64,000 nt of DNA from Escherichia coli (lineage in GTDB: Bacteria > Pseudomonadota > Gammaproteobacteria > Enterobacterales > Enterobacteriaceae). Shown here piece after piece: positions 11,654-20,296 of the stretch. The position numbers and the translations under genes are program-made. The notes below the pieces were generated by a model. The model was not told where the DNA came from, did not search any database, and saw nothing but the letters and a program-made list of their open reading frames with translations. Position 1 is the stretch's first letter; each line of letters starts with the position of its first letter. The stretch is taken from NCBI RefSeq assembly GCF_003334815.1, contig NZ_QOWO01000016.1, one strand, 5' to 3'.

Positions 11654-12331
11654 ATGAAGTGGGACTGGATTTTCTTTGATGCCGATGAAACGCTGTTTAC
11701 CTTTGACTCATTCACCGGCCTGCAGCGGATGTTTCTTGATTACAGCGTCACCTTTACCGCTGAAGATTTTCAGGACTATCAGGCCGTTAACAAGCCACTG
11801 TGGGTGGATTATCAAAACGGCGCGATCACTTCATTACAGCTTCAGCACGGGCGGTTTGAGAGCTGGGCCGAACGGCTGAACGTCGAGCCGGGTAAACTCA
11901 ACGAAGCCTTTATTAATGCGATGGCGGAAATCTGTACGCCGCTGCCGGGAGCGGTTTCTCTGCTTAACGCCATTCGTGGCAACGCCAAAATCGGCATCAT
12001 CACCAACGGTTTTAGCGCCTTGCAACAGGTGCGTCTGGAACGCACGGGCCTGCGTGATTACTTCGATTTGCTGGTGATTTCCGAAGAAGTTGGCGTTGCT
12101 AAACCGAATAAGAAAATTTTCGATTATGCGCTGGAACAGGCGGGCAATCCTGACCGTTCACGCGTGCTGATGGTTGGCGACACTGCCGAGTCCGATATTC
12201 TCGGTGGCATCAACGCCGGGCTTGCGACCTGCTGGCTGAATGCGCACAATCGCGAGCAACCAGAAGGCATCGCGCCCACCTGGACCGTTTCTTCGTTGCA
12301 CGAACTGGAGCAGCTCCTGTGTAAACACTGA
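11654..12331 (+). CDS. yjjG: HAD-family pyrimidine 5'-nucleotidase YjjG
   Basis: 225 aa with the HAD motif I FFDADETL. Confidence 0.95.
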   Translation: MKWDWIFFDADETLFTFDSFTGLQRMFLDYSVTFTAEDFQDYQAVNKPLWVDYQNGAITSLQLQHGRFESWAERLNVEPGKLNEAFINAMAEICTPLPGAVSLLNAIRGNAKIGIITNGFSALQQVRLERTGLRDYFDLLVISEEVGVAKPNKKIFDYALEQAGNPDRSRVLMVGDTAESDILGGINAGLATCWLNAHNREQPEGIAPTWTVSSLHELEQLLCKH

Positions 12332-12421
12332 TTGCCTCCCCCCCGTTGATGGGTAAAATAGCCGCAATTTTTCGTTTTCAACAAGCGCGGCGCGATGCCG
12401 CTTACTCAAGAAGAAAGAATT

Positions 12422-12496
12422 ATGACGTTGTCTCCTTATTTGCAAGAGGTGGCGAAGCGCCGCACTTTTGCCATTATTTCTCACCCCAATAATTAA
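12422..12496 (+). pseudogene. prfC: Orphaned native 5' end of prfC (first 22 codons, then 2 phage-derived codons and a stop)
   Basis: Encodes [24 protein letters not shown], the K-12 RF3 N-terminus as I recall it. It diverges from prfC after ...tctcaccc at 12486. Confidence 0.9.
12473..12486. repeat. attL core
   Basis: attatttctcaccc, identical to 54397-54410. Confidence 0.8.
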
Positions 12497-12650
12497 GCCC
12501 AAATTAAAGCTCTTTTACTCTTTCAAAATCCTTTCAGTTAATTGAGGTTGAGCTATATAACTCATTTAAATACATTTGGTTATGTAGCTTCTTTAATTGA
12601 AAATTCTTTCATGTAACTTTAAATCGATCAGTTTGCTTTCATCAAAAATC

Positions 12651-12707
12651 TGTACATATGCTTGTACATAATGTACAAAACAGCAGAGGTGTTTTGCGAT
12701 TTGTACA
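12651..12707. promoter_or_regulatory. Cluster of four TGTACA motifs upstream of int (candidate integrase arm-type or regulatory sites)
   Basis: TGTACA at 12651, 12663, 12672 and 12702. The same hexamer is clustered at the other prophage end. Confidence 0.4.
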
Positions 12708-12716
12708 AGGTGAGTA

Positions 12717-13940
12717 ATGGCGCTGTCTGATGCGTGGTTGCGTTCAGTCGTTGGAAAGGAACGTGATAAGGTTTTGGTTAAATCCGATCGTGATGGTCTG
12801 TCTGTCAGAGTATCACCGAAAGGTCGCGTAGTGTTCCAATATCGTTATCAATGGGCAGGGAAAGGTGAGCGTCTTGATATCGGAACTTACCCGGCAACTG
12901 GATTAAAAGAGGCCAGAGAAGAAGTTATCCGTCTCCGTGGTGAACTTGAGTCAAACCGTAATCCACGATTGGTCAAGCAGGCTGAAAAACGAAAAGCTAC
13001 TGAAGCCATGACGGTAGAGTCTGTGATCCGTGCCTGGTATGAAGCATATTGTGTAAAAAATAAAAAAGGTTCTGAACAGATACTCCGCTCGTTTGAGCTG
13101 CACCTGTTCTCTAAAATCGGGAATATCCCTCACGATGCAGCTACATTGCATGATTGGTTAGAAGTCCTGGAGCCTCTTAGCACTAAGACTCCAGCAATAG
13201 CAGACCGATTGCTAATTAACGCAAAGCAGGCCCATGTCTGGGCGTATAAGAGAAAGCTCATTGAAACTCGCCCGCTGTCGGATATCACGGGTAAAGATAT
13301 GGATATCCGTAAAGGTCAGAAGAAACGGTTTCTGACACATGATGAAATTAAAATCCTTTATGCTGCGATCGATGGTTCTCGAATGGTTCCTAAATACCGG
13401 GCCTTCATTAAGCTATTGCTGCATTTTGGCTGCCGTAGTTCAGAGCTAATTACTGCCAGGGTGGACGATTTTGATTTCATTAATAAGGTATGGACTGTAC
13501 CACCAGAACGACATAAGACTGGAGAGATAACAGGCGAACCGCTAAAGAGGCCCATTATTGAACCGGTGGAGGAGCTTATAAAGAACGCTATCTCTATGAA
13601 CAATGGTTCCGATATGCTTTTTACTAAGGAAGGAAGCAGGGAACCCGTTGGTCGAACATCATTGCAGTCGCTGCCTTACAATTTAATGCAGTACGCATGG
13701 AGGCGTTTGGGGCATCAATTCCCTCATTGGTCTCTTCATGATTTGAGGCGAACAGCACGAACAAACTTTTCTGATCTTACTGCTCCTCATATTGCAGAAA
13801 TAATGCTCGGCCATAAACTGCCAGGGGTTTGGCAGGTTTATGACAAGAGCGATTATCTAGAAGAACAGCGTAAAGCATATCAGGCATGGTGGGAGAGAGT
13901 TGAATCGATCGTTACTTGTACTGGCCCAGAATCTACCTGA
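12717..13940 (+). CDS. int: Tyrosine integrase, P4-type
   Basis: 407 aa. The N-terminal arm-binding domain pattern is (DGLSVRVSPKGRVVFQYRY). Catalytic residues are R (GCRSSEL), H-x-x-R (HDLRRTART) and Y (VYDKSDY). Confidence 0.92.
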   Translation: MALSDAWLRSVVGKERDKVLVKSDRDGLSVRVSPKGRVVFQYRYQWAGKGERLDIGTYPATGLKEAREEVIRLRGELESNRNPRLVKQAEKRKATEAMTVESVIRAWYEAYCVKNKKGSEQILRSFELHLFSKIGNIPHDAATLHDWLEVLEPLSTKTPAIADRLLINAKQAHVWAYKRKLIETRPLSDITGKDMDIRKGQKKRFLTHDEIKILYAAIDGSRMVPKYRAFIKLLLHFGCRSSELITARVDDFDFINKVWTVPPERHKTGEITGEPLKRPIIEPVEELIKNAISMNNGSDMLFTKEGSREPVGRTSLQSLPYNLMQYAWRRLGHQFPHWSLHDLRRTARTNFSDLTAPHIAEIMLGHKLPGVWQVYDKSDYLEEQRKAYQAWWERVESIVTCTGPEST

Positions 13941-14190
13941 CAGCTTGCGTAGCCCTGACAGTCTGTTTTGAGCGAACAGTGGACATTTTCAATGGCATTC
14001 TTGAGTAGGTTACGCTTAGACCAGAAGTAAGAGGTGATAGAATTATCAACAATACATAAAACATAGGGGATCCTTATTGATTTATTGATCTTGACCAACT
14101 TATGTGATGCAGTATGTCTTTAACTTGTATTACTATTATCTTTATCTTGTTGTTTCTAATAAACTTATCTTATTTCAGAAAGGAGTTTTT

Positions 14191-15891
14191 ATGCATTTAG
14201 TCACGAAATCTTATTTCGATGCCTTTTGCAAAGCATTCGCTGCGCCCTATGAGGAGACCAAAAATTTTGAGGCGTTTGTGAACTATTGTGCTTTTTCAAA
14301 ATACTCAGGCGACAAAGTTGAGGTCAGTGATCTTGTGTATGAAGGCCCGGACCCTGGTATTGATGGCGCATTTTTATTTTTAGACGACAGAGCAATTTTT
14401 TCAACTGAAGAACTTCAGGAGATTTTCCAAAACTCACGTCGCGAGTTTCAAGTTTCATTAATATTCACGCAAGCTAAGTCATCGGAGAAGTGGAGCAAAC
14501 AGGAAATAGACTCTTACATTGCGTCAATAAGAGATTATCTTTCACCAGCGCCACAACAACCCCACAGTGAATATCTAGCGGACTTTAAAAAAATGTTCAA
14601 CTTGATATTTGCTAATATCGGCAGAGTCAAAAATGGCCTTCCAGACTTATACGCATATTTTTTTAGTGCTGCACAAAATACAGAGGCCAGAGAAATAAAA
14701 GCTGCATTTGCATCGGGTGAAAAAAGCTTAAAGTCACTCGGGTTTTCACATGAAACATCCTTCATTATGGCTCACAAAGACATGATTCATGAGCTTTGGC
14801 TTGCTGCGGAAGGTCCAATAGAAGCTAAACTTCCTACAATAGGCTATGCTCCATTCCCAGCGGCCCCTAATATTAATAATGCCTATGTAGCTACAGTCAA
14901 AGCTCGTAGTTTTATTGATTCTATACTTAAAGACAAAAATGGAAACCCTCGAAAAAAATTATTCGAAGAAAATGTTAGAGATTTTCTGGGAATTGATGGT
15001 GACGTAAATTCAGAAATTGCAGGAACACTAGATACTGATGGAAAAAAAGCAAGATTTGGTTTAATGAATAATGGAGTGACAATAGTTGCATCAAGCGTGA
15101 GGCCTGCAGGACAAGAAATTTTTATACGAGATTTTCAAATTGTTAATGGATGTCAAACGTCTAATGTTCTTATATCAAAAGACATTCAAGTAGATGAATC
15201 AGTTAGTTTAATGATTAAATTAATTGAAACCGATGAGCCAGCGATCCTTGATGACATTGTACGAGCTACGAATAGACAATCTAAAGTTGAAGATGCACAG
15301 TTCATTTCAACGCTAAAAAAATTAAGGGAATTAGAGCATTATTTTAATGCTAAAGGTGCTATTGAAGGAAATAAAATTTATTTTGAGAGAAGAAAGGGGC
15401 AGTATAGTTCAGAAAGTATAGCTCCAGTACGCATATTTGATATCAGAGAAGTTGCGCGAGCATATGCTGCTATTGTTATGATGAGACCAGATTATTCCAG
15501 TCGTTATCCAAATAGGTTAACTGGTGACTTACTTAATGAGGTTTTCTCTTCCGATGCCCTCGAGGATGATTATTATATATCTTGCTATTGCTTGTATAGG
15601 CTAAAGGCTCTTATCTCAAATAAGAGGTTTGATGGGAAGTATTCAAAATTACGCTGGCATATTCTAACTGCTGCGTCAAAATACTGTGGTAATAATTATA
15701 AGGTTTGGGGGTTCAAAAATAAAAATGAAGCTCTTCATAACTTATTCTCAATGAATGATGGGGAGTGGTTTGAAAAACTTGAGAGTTTAGTAAAAATAGC
15801 TATACCAGATCCGGATATTTCTCGAGACTTACTAAAGTCGCAGCCTTTAACATCAACGATTCTCAAAAGTGTTGATAGCGTACCTAAATAA
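14191..15891 (+). CDS. AIPR-family (abortive infection phage resistance) protein, putative
   Basis: 566 aa from the ATG preceded by aaaggag. The central ..NNGVTIVA..FQIVNGCQTS.. matches my memory of the AIPR family signature. It is very AT-rich relative to the flanks and is followed by the hairpin gggaagc-ttatt-gcttccc. Confidence 0.6.
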   Translation: MHLVTKSYFDAFCKAFAAPYEETKNFEAFVNYCAFSKYSGDKVEVSDLVYEGPDPGIDGAFLFLDDRAIFSTEELQEIFQNSRREFQVSLIFTQAKSSEKWSKQEIDSYIASIRDYLSPAPQQPHSEYLADFKKMFNLIFANIGRVKNGLPDLYAYFFSAAQNTEAREIKAAFASGEKSLKSLGFSHETSFIMAHKDMIHELWLAAEGPIEAKLPTIGYAPFPAAPNINNAYVATVKARSFIDSILKDKNGNPRKKLFEENVRDFLGIDGDVNSEIAGTLDTDGKKARFGLMNNGVTIVASSVRPAGQEIFIRDFQIVNGCQTSNVLISKDIQVDESVSLMIKLIETDEPAILDDIVRATNRQSKVEDAQFISTLKKLRELEHYFNAKGAIEGNKIYFERRKGQYSSESIAPVRIFDIREVARAYAAIVMMRPDYSSRYPNRLTGDLLNEVFSSDALEDDYYISCYCLYRLKALISNKRFDGKYSKLRWHILTAASKYCGNNYKVWGFKNKNEALHNLFSMNDGEWFEKLESLVKIAIPDPDISRDLLKSQPLTSTILKSVDSVPK

Positions 15892-16129
15892 AGAGAAGGG
15901 AAGCTTATTGCTTCCCAATAAATTAACACACTTATAGAACCCTTGACTTAAACTTTTTACTGGTTCTCTCAGATATCGATAATTTTATAGGTTGTATCAT
16001 AGCGTGATCGTCTTCAAGAGAAACAACTTAACATTAAATTAGCAACGTTTGCTCTTGGCACAGACTTGACTGTCAGATTAGTTTGGTCTGTGCCATAGAT
16101 ATGTCAGCTCCCATCTGAGATAATACACG

Positions 16130-16324
16130 TTACTCAATAACTCCAGCAAATCTGTATATCTTGCATGATGCCCATTTATTTGGGCAGGATTTAATATCAG
16201 GATCTGGAAAGTCAGGCCTGTATTTCTGGCCAGTTCTCCTGTTTACGCTGTTCCAGCGAAGAACAGTCGATACTGAAACGCCACAGAAGTCGGCGACTTG
16301 TTTAGTTGTCATTAAGTTGTTCAT
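16130..16324 (-). CDS. Excisionase/AlpA-like HTH protein
   Basis: 64 aa with HTH TTKQVADFCGVSVSTVLRWN. It is the last gene of the leftward operon, next to int. Confidence 0.5.
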   Translation of the reverse strand: MNNLMTTKQVADFCGVSVSTVLRWNSVNRRTGQKYRPDFPDPDIKSCPNKWASCKIYRFAGVIE

Positions 16325-16944
16325 TACTTCACCTCCTGCGGCGGCTCCGGTAGCGGCATCCAGTGGGTTACTTTCGATGCCGGTTCTTCCCCATCGTCAG
16401 TAACTGCCCACCATTTGTTTCTCGACCAATCGTAATACCCTTCGAAGGTATCGCACTCAGTCCAGCCGTAAGGCTTCCCCCAACACCAAACATACTGTTT
16501 ATCGTTCGGCATTCGCTCACTACAGCTTATCCAACCATCCGGAGTTACCGGAGAGTTGCCCGACAGCTTGTTCAACTTGTAAGTCTGGCTTACAGGTTCG
16601 GCACCATGAAGCATGGCGGCGCGGCAGGCGTTCCAGCCTTCATTAAAACCGACTATGCCATTATTTAAAGACGGACGAGCATCTGGCACCACCGGCACTG
16701 GCTTGGCTATATATAGCGGCTGAACATACCAGCCCTTTGATAACCAACTGTCAGCAATGTTTTTACTCCTCGTTATTGCCGGAATACCTAAGCCATTTTC
16801 TGAATGCAGCCATGCCACCGGCTCCTCTTCTAGCGATGCCAGAGCAATTTCATAAGCACGGCGCTCAATATCGTCTCGAACCTCTAGGCTGCTGATTCGT
16901 TCTTTGATTTCTTTAATCAGTTCTTTATTGGTAAATGTGGTCAT
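16324..16944 (-). CDS. DUF551-like phage protein
   Basis: 206 aa with a C-terminus ...KVTHWMPLPEPP typical of DUF551. Confidence 0.5.
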   Translation of the reverse strand: MTTFTNKELIKEIKERISSLEVRDDIERRAYEIALASLEEEPVAWLHSENGLGIPAITRSKNIADSWLSKGWYVQPLYIAKPVPVVPDARPSLNNGIVGFNEGWNACRAAMLHGAEPVSQTYKLNKLSGNSPVTPDGWISCSERMPNDKQYVWCWGKPYGWTECDTFEGYYDWSRNKWWAVTDDGEEPASKVTHWMPLPEPPQEVK

Positions 16945-17306
16945 TATGCTCCAGCCTCCGGTGCTTTTGGCATTACTGCCCAGTGAGTGATATTGACGTT
17001 TTCAAGGTCCCCGACCTGAAATGTCCACTGCCATTCTCCGGTTTCTTTTTGTCCCCAGGTGTACCATAGAGAACGCCAGCCAATCAGCCAGCCTTCTCCA
17101 TTAGCATCAAATAACAGAACACTTTCATTTGCTGGTGGCAGTTCAGCTGACACTGGTATTATTTTGTTTTCCAGTGCCGCACATTTAGCTTCAAGCGCGT
17201 CGAATTTACGTACCAGGTACTCAGCATTTGTTTCGTTCACTTTCAGATCTCGCGGTACACATTTCCCGCGAAGAAACCCTTCCATTTCGAAAACATTCAT
17301 GCGCAT
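16944..17306 (-). CDS. YfdS-like phage protein (DUF551-like C-terminus)
   Basis: 120 aa with ...NITHWAVMPKAPE. It resembles CPS-53 YfdS as I recall it. Confidence 0.5.
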   Translation of the reverse strand: MRMNVFEMEGFLRGKCVPRDLKVNETNAEYLVRKFDALEAKCAALENKIIPVSAELPPANESVLLFDANGEGWLIGWRSLWYTWGQKETGEWQWTFQVGDLENVNITHWAVMPKAPEAGA

Positions 17307-17833
17307 TTGCGTAACTCCGATAAATCGTTAAAACGTTCCATAAACATCCCGTAGGCATGACCCGGTGCCAGTGGAATCACGTTGAACATCTCTGTTGCCG
17401 GGATGCCTTCCAGTACAGGCCAGAAAGAGCCATCATCAAGCCCGAGATCGCGGCGTTCGGTTGCCAGCATGATGAGATCGGCATATTTCACAGGCGTACT
17501 CATAACTGGGGGTAACCCGTATTTCTCACGGATTACGGCGTCTATTTTTTCTTCCATCCGTTTATAGTCAGGAAGAAGTCGTTTCAGTGGTGCGGGGATG
17601 TCCTGGCAATATGCTTCTGTTGCATCATGCATTAACGCTTCAAAAGCAAATTCCTGCGGTACCAGCTGGCTGCAAAGCACCGCATGTTGGGCGACGCTGT
17701 AGAAGTGTGAAAGATGCCCTGCAAAGCGACAGATATTTGAAAGGGAAACCGCGATATCGTTAATAACGATGTCGTCTTTATTTATCTTGTCATAATAAAA
17801 ATGCTTCCCGGAAAAAGTTTTAATAAATGACAT
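17297..17833 (-). CDS. HD-domain 5'-deoxynucleotidase (YfdR-like)
   Basis: 178 aa from MSFIKTFSGKHFYYD. HD motif residues are (SVAQHAV..HDATEAY). The track ORF is 21 codons longer. Confidence 0.7.
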   Translation of the reverse strand: MSFIKTFSGKHFYYDKINKDDIVINDIAVSLSNICRFAGHLSHFYSVAQHAVLCSQLVPQEFAFEALMHDATEAYCQDIPAPLKRLLPDYKRMEEKIDAVIREKYGLPPVMSTPVKYADLIMLATERRDLGLDDGSFWPVLEGIPATEMFNVIPLAPGHAYGMFMERFNDLSELRKCA

Positions 17834-17961
17834 TTTGTTCTCCACGTTATGTGCGCTGCACCGCACTGAATTTTGGTAAAAAGAAGCCCTTACCATCCGG
17901 CGATTATTGAGTTAATTACGTTTCCATAAATGCCCCCGCAGGGGCATTTGCAGTAATGAAA

Positions 17962-18786
17962 TCAGGCGGTGAAAGTACCAATAAAGGTTTCTACTTTGCT
18001 GTCTTTGAATTTCTCAACAAGCAGATCACGAAATTCGTTAGCCATTTCTTCCTGGACTGCTTCCAACTGAATAATGCGCAGAACCAGTACAGGACGATCG
18101 CCAGTGATAATGCTGAGGCGTAATTTAAACGGACGTTCTTTCAGACCTTCAAACGGAACGCATTTAAATTCAAATGCCACTGGCATAATATCTTTGGTTT
18201 TCGCCTCGACAGACTCCATCAGGGAGCGTTTTCCGCTGAAGTCATTATCTTCAAAATCAGCGGTCTGGTTTGCTTCAATCGTGATTTTACGGACAGCCGC
18301 AGCCGCTTTTGTTGCCTGAATAGCGTCACCATTAGCATCAAAGCCTACAAGGTAGTCGGCCCAGTCTTCAATCCATTCTGCCAGTGACTTCTGGGAGTTA
18401 CGCTCGCCGTTAACAGACAACAGAGCAGAGAACGGTGCTGTCTTTTTCAGTTTGAGAGTGGCGGTGTTATCTGCGTGACCTGGTTCATCAATAGTACCCA
18501 GGTTAAGCACACTGACGGCACGCATATTATCAGCATCGATAAAGCAGCGGGTGCCTTCATCTGCAAGATCTTTAGAATAACGGGTAAAGTCATCGATGCT
18601 GGCAGTGGAAAGCGCACCACGGAAACGGAAGCGATTTAAATTAAATTTTTCCAGATCATGAATGCGGAAGTTCTCAGGCAATGCCACAGCATCGGCACCA
18701 ATCTTACTGATAATTTCATTAACACCCTGAGCAGAAATAAGGGCATGGATTTGATTAATTGCGGTTGCGTCTAAGTTCTGAGACAT
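17962..18786 (-). CDS. DUF2303 / YfdQ-like protein
   Basis: 274 aa. It is the same length as, and sits in the same context as, CPS-53 YfdQ. Confidence 0.6.
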   Translation of the reverse strand: MSQNLDATAINQIHALISAQGVNEIISKIGADAVALPENFRIHDLEKFNLNRFRFRGALSTASIDDFTRYSKDLADEGTRCFIDADNMRAVSVLNLGTIDEPGHADNTATLKLKKTAPFSALLSVNGERNSQKSLAEWIEDWADYLVGFDANGDAIQATKAAAAVRKITIEANQTADFEDNDFSGKRSLMESVEAKTKDIMPVAFEFKCVPFEGLKERPFKLRLSIITGDRPVLVLRIIQLEAVQEEMANEFRDLLVEKFKDSKVETFIGTFTA

Positions 18787-18851
18787 AATAAGTCCTCACT
18801 ATATAAAGATATTCAGTGATGAGATAAATAATCAGTTTATTAAAAACGATA

Positions 18852-19214
18852 TTAACGACCAGCTGCGCGGAGTTTTCCGTCAGGTTCACCGGCAAGAGTC
18901 AGTAATTGTCCCTGGTCTTCCTGCAGAATAGTCAGGCGACCACCGCGATTGACATACATCGGCGTTTCGGTGGTGTCTTCTTCGGAAATTTTCCCGCGGT
19001 TAGTTGGGCGAACATATGAGAGTTTGTGTTTGATTTTCACACGGTTCTCATCAAACGGTTCGATTTCCAGATTGAGTGAGACCTTCCCTTTGGTTTTCGT
19101 GTTCATCACACCGGAAGCGACTTCACTTAGAACTGCGCCGATTTTGGTTTCAAATACGCCGCCGTCCAGCTCCCCGATAAATGCCTGCACATCAGTACTG
19201 CGTTCACTAGCCAT
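18852..19214 (-). CDS. YfdP-like protein
   Basis: 120 aa from MASERSTDVQAF.... The in-frame upstream extension in the track (to 19532) is Cys/Arg-rich and not protein-like. Confidence 0.55.
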   Translation of the reverse strand: MASERSTDVQAFIGELDGGVFETKIGAVLSEVASGVMNTKTKGKVSLNLEIEPFDENRVKIKHKLSYVRPTNRGKISEEDTTETPMYVNRGGRLTILQEDQGQLLTLAGEPDGKLRAAGR

Positions 19215-19651
19215 TTTGCTGCTCCTCATCATATCGACCCTGCAAGGTCGGTTAGTTTCTCCACAAAACAGAGAAGAACACCTGCGGTGGCAGCCGCCCG
19301 GATGGATTGGGTTATGAGCCCGTCGTCCGATGATGCTCTTCTCTGTTTTGTAAAAAGAGCGGTACCAGCCGGAAGCAAGTGTACAAACTGGTACCGCCAA
19401 GACTACACACAGCATAAAGTTGTGGTGCCGGGTGCCTCCCGGTGCCTGGCGAAGGTTGCACACCAGGCTGGTGGGTATCCACAGAAGGTCGACTGTCAGC
19501 CTCAACCTTATCCCGCGTGCGCTGAGCCGCATTCACCACAACGCTAAGGATTCTCTCTGGTTGAAAATACTTAGCTGTTATGTGCCTGTCTTTTCACCAC
19601 TTCAGGCTCGGTGGTATCCTTTTAAGCCCGTATACATAAAAGGAAAATCAA

Positions 19652-19897
19652 ATGACTTTTGATGAAAAAGAACTTGATAATGCAATTAATAAAATCATCG
19701 TAACGTCGCTCTTTTCCTGTCTCAGCGACACTCAGCAAAAACAGTTCTACGAATCGGCTTTCAACATGATCGAGCGTTGTTGTTTCTGCGATGCCGACGA
19801 GTTACCTGAAAAAATCAGGAAACAGTTGGCTGATGCTCTTCGAGTGCGACTTTCTGACCAATTTTCTGAAATGTACTCTCCGAATTTGGACAAATAG
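19652..19897 (+). CDS. Hypothetical 81-aa protein
   Basis: The ATG is preceded by aaaagga. The 3' end overlaps the convergent ORF 19815-20111 by 83 nt. Confidence 0.35.
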   Translation: MTFDEKELDNAINKIIVTSLFSCLSDTQQKQFYESAFNMIERCCFCDADELPEKIRKQLADALRVRLSDQFSEMYSPNLDK

Positions 19898-20111
19898 AAA
19901 AAGGCCATTTCCATTCAGGGTCTGATGGAAAGACTTCAGCCTGTTCTAAAGCACGGCGTAAAGAGAATACAACTCCAGCCATAATCTGATGTTTCCCATT
20001 GGCCCAGCTATCGCCGCTCTGATCTACATGGGCGGCTATGTCGTATGACCAAACGACTTCACAGTTATTGTTTAAAATCTGGACTTTCATTTCATACACC
20101 TGCTTTAACAT
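19815..20111 (-). CDS. Hypothetical 98-aa protein, first ORF downstream of the putative PL
   Basis: ORF only; no clear SD. Confidence 0.35.
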   Translation of the reverse strand: MLKQVYEMKVQILNNNCEVVWSYDIAAHVDQSGDSWANGKHQIMAGVVFSLRRALEQAEVFPSDPEWKWPFSICPNSESTFQKIGQKVALEEHQPTVS

Positions 20112-20214
20112 GAGTGCCTAGTGGCACAACATGACTCAACGAATCATCCTGGACTTCATATGCCCCAGGCGGCTACTTCGTGGGCGTCCTGCCTGTTCGT
20201 TATCTTTGACATAA

Positions 20215-20243
20215 AATCTAACTTAACTTAGTTTTTAAGGCAA
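20215..20243 (-). promoter_or_regulatory. Putative PL with overlapping operator
   Basis: On the minus strand: TTGCCT, 17 nt, TAGATT. The 14-bp operator-like ctaacttaacttag (20218-20231) covers the -10 and spacer. Confidence 0.45.
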
Positions 20244-20276
20244 GAGAAAACACCAAACTTTTCTTAGCTTGGTGCC
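20244..20276 (-). terminator. Rho-independent terminator after cI
   Basis: On the minus strand: CACCAA-gctaagaaaagt-TTGGTG followed by TTTTCTCTT. Confidence 0.6.
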
Positions 20277-20296
20277 TTAGTTAGAGAAGGGAGGTA

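Noticed and set aside
12158-12502. Minus-strand ORFs of 114 aa and 86 aa across the yjjG 3' end and the prfC leader.
   Set aside because: They are antisense to yjjG and the native prfC 5' region, with no SD and implausible composition.
14104-14190. The upstream start of the AIPR ORF (MMQYVFNLYYYYLYL...).
   Set aside because: The extension is AT-rich and Tyr/Leu-rich with no SD. The ATG at 14191 has aaaggag at the proper distance.
18852-19532. The 226-aa version of the yfdP-like ORF, plus other long ORFs (19287-19547, 19312-19539, 19420-19662).
   Set aside because: The 106-codon upstream extension and the overlapping ORFs translate to Cys/Arg/Pro-rich sequence without an SD. Open frames are expected by chance in GC-rich DNA. 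I kept the 120-aa version starting at MASERS.
19215-19650. The idea that the structured block is a retron msr/msd, a tRNA/tmRNA or a CRISPR-like element.
   Set aside because: There is no reverse transcriptase or cas gene nearby, no T-loop or acceptor-stem pattern, and no repeat-spacer periodicity. It is kept only as an unassigned structured region.
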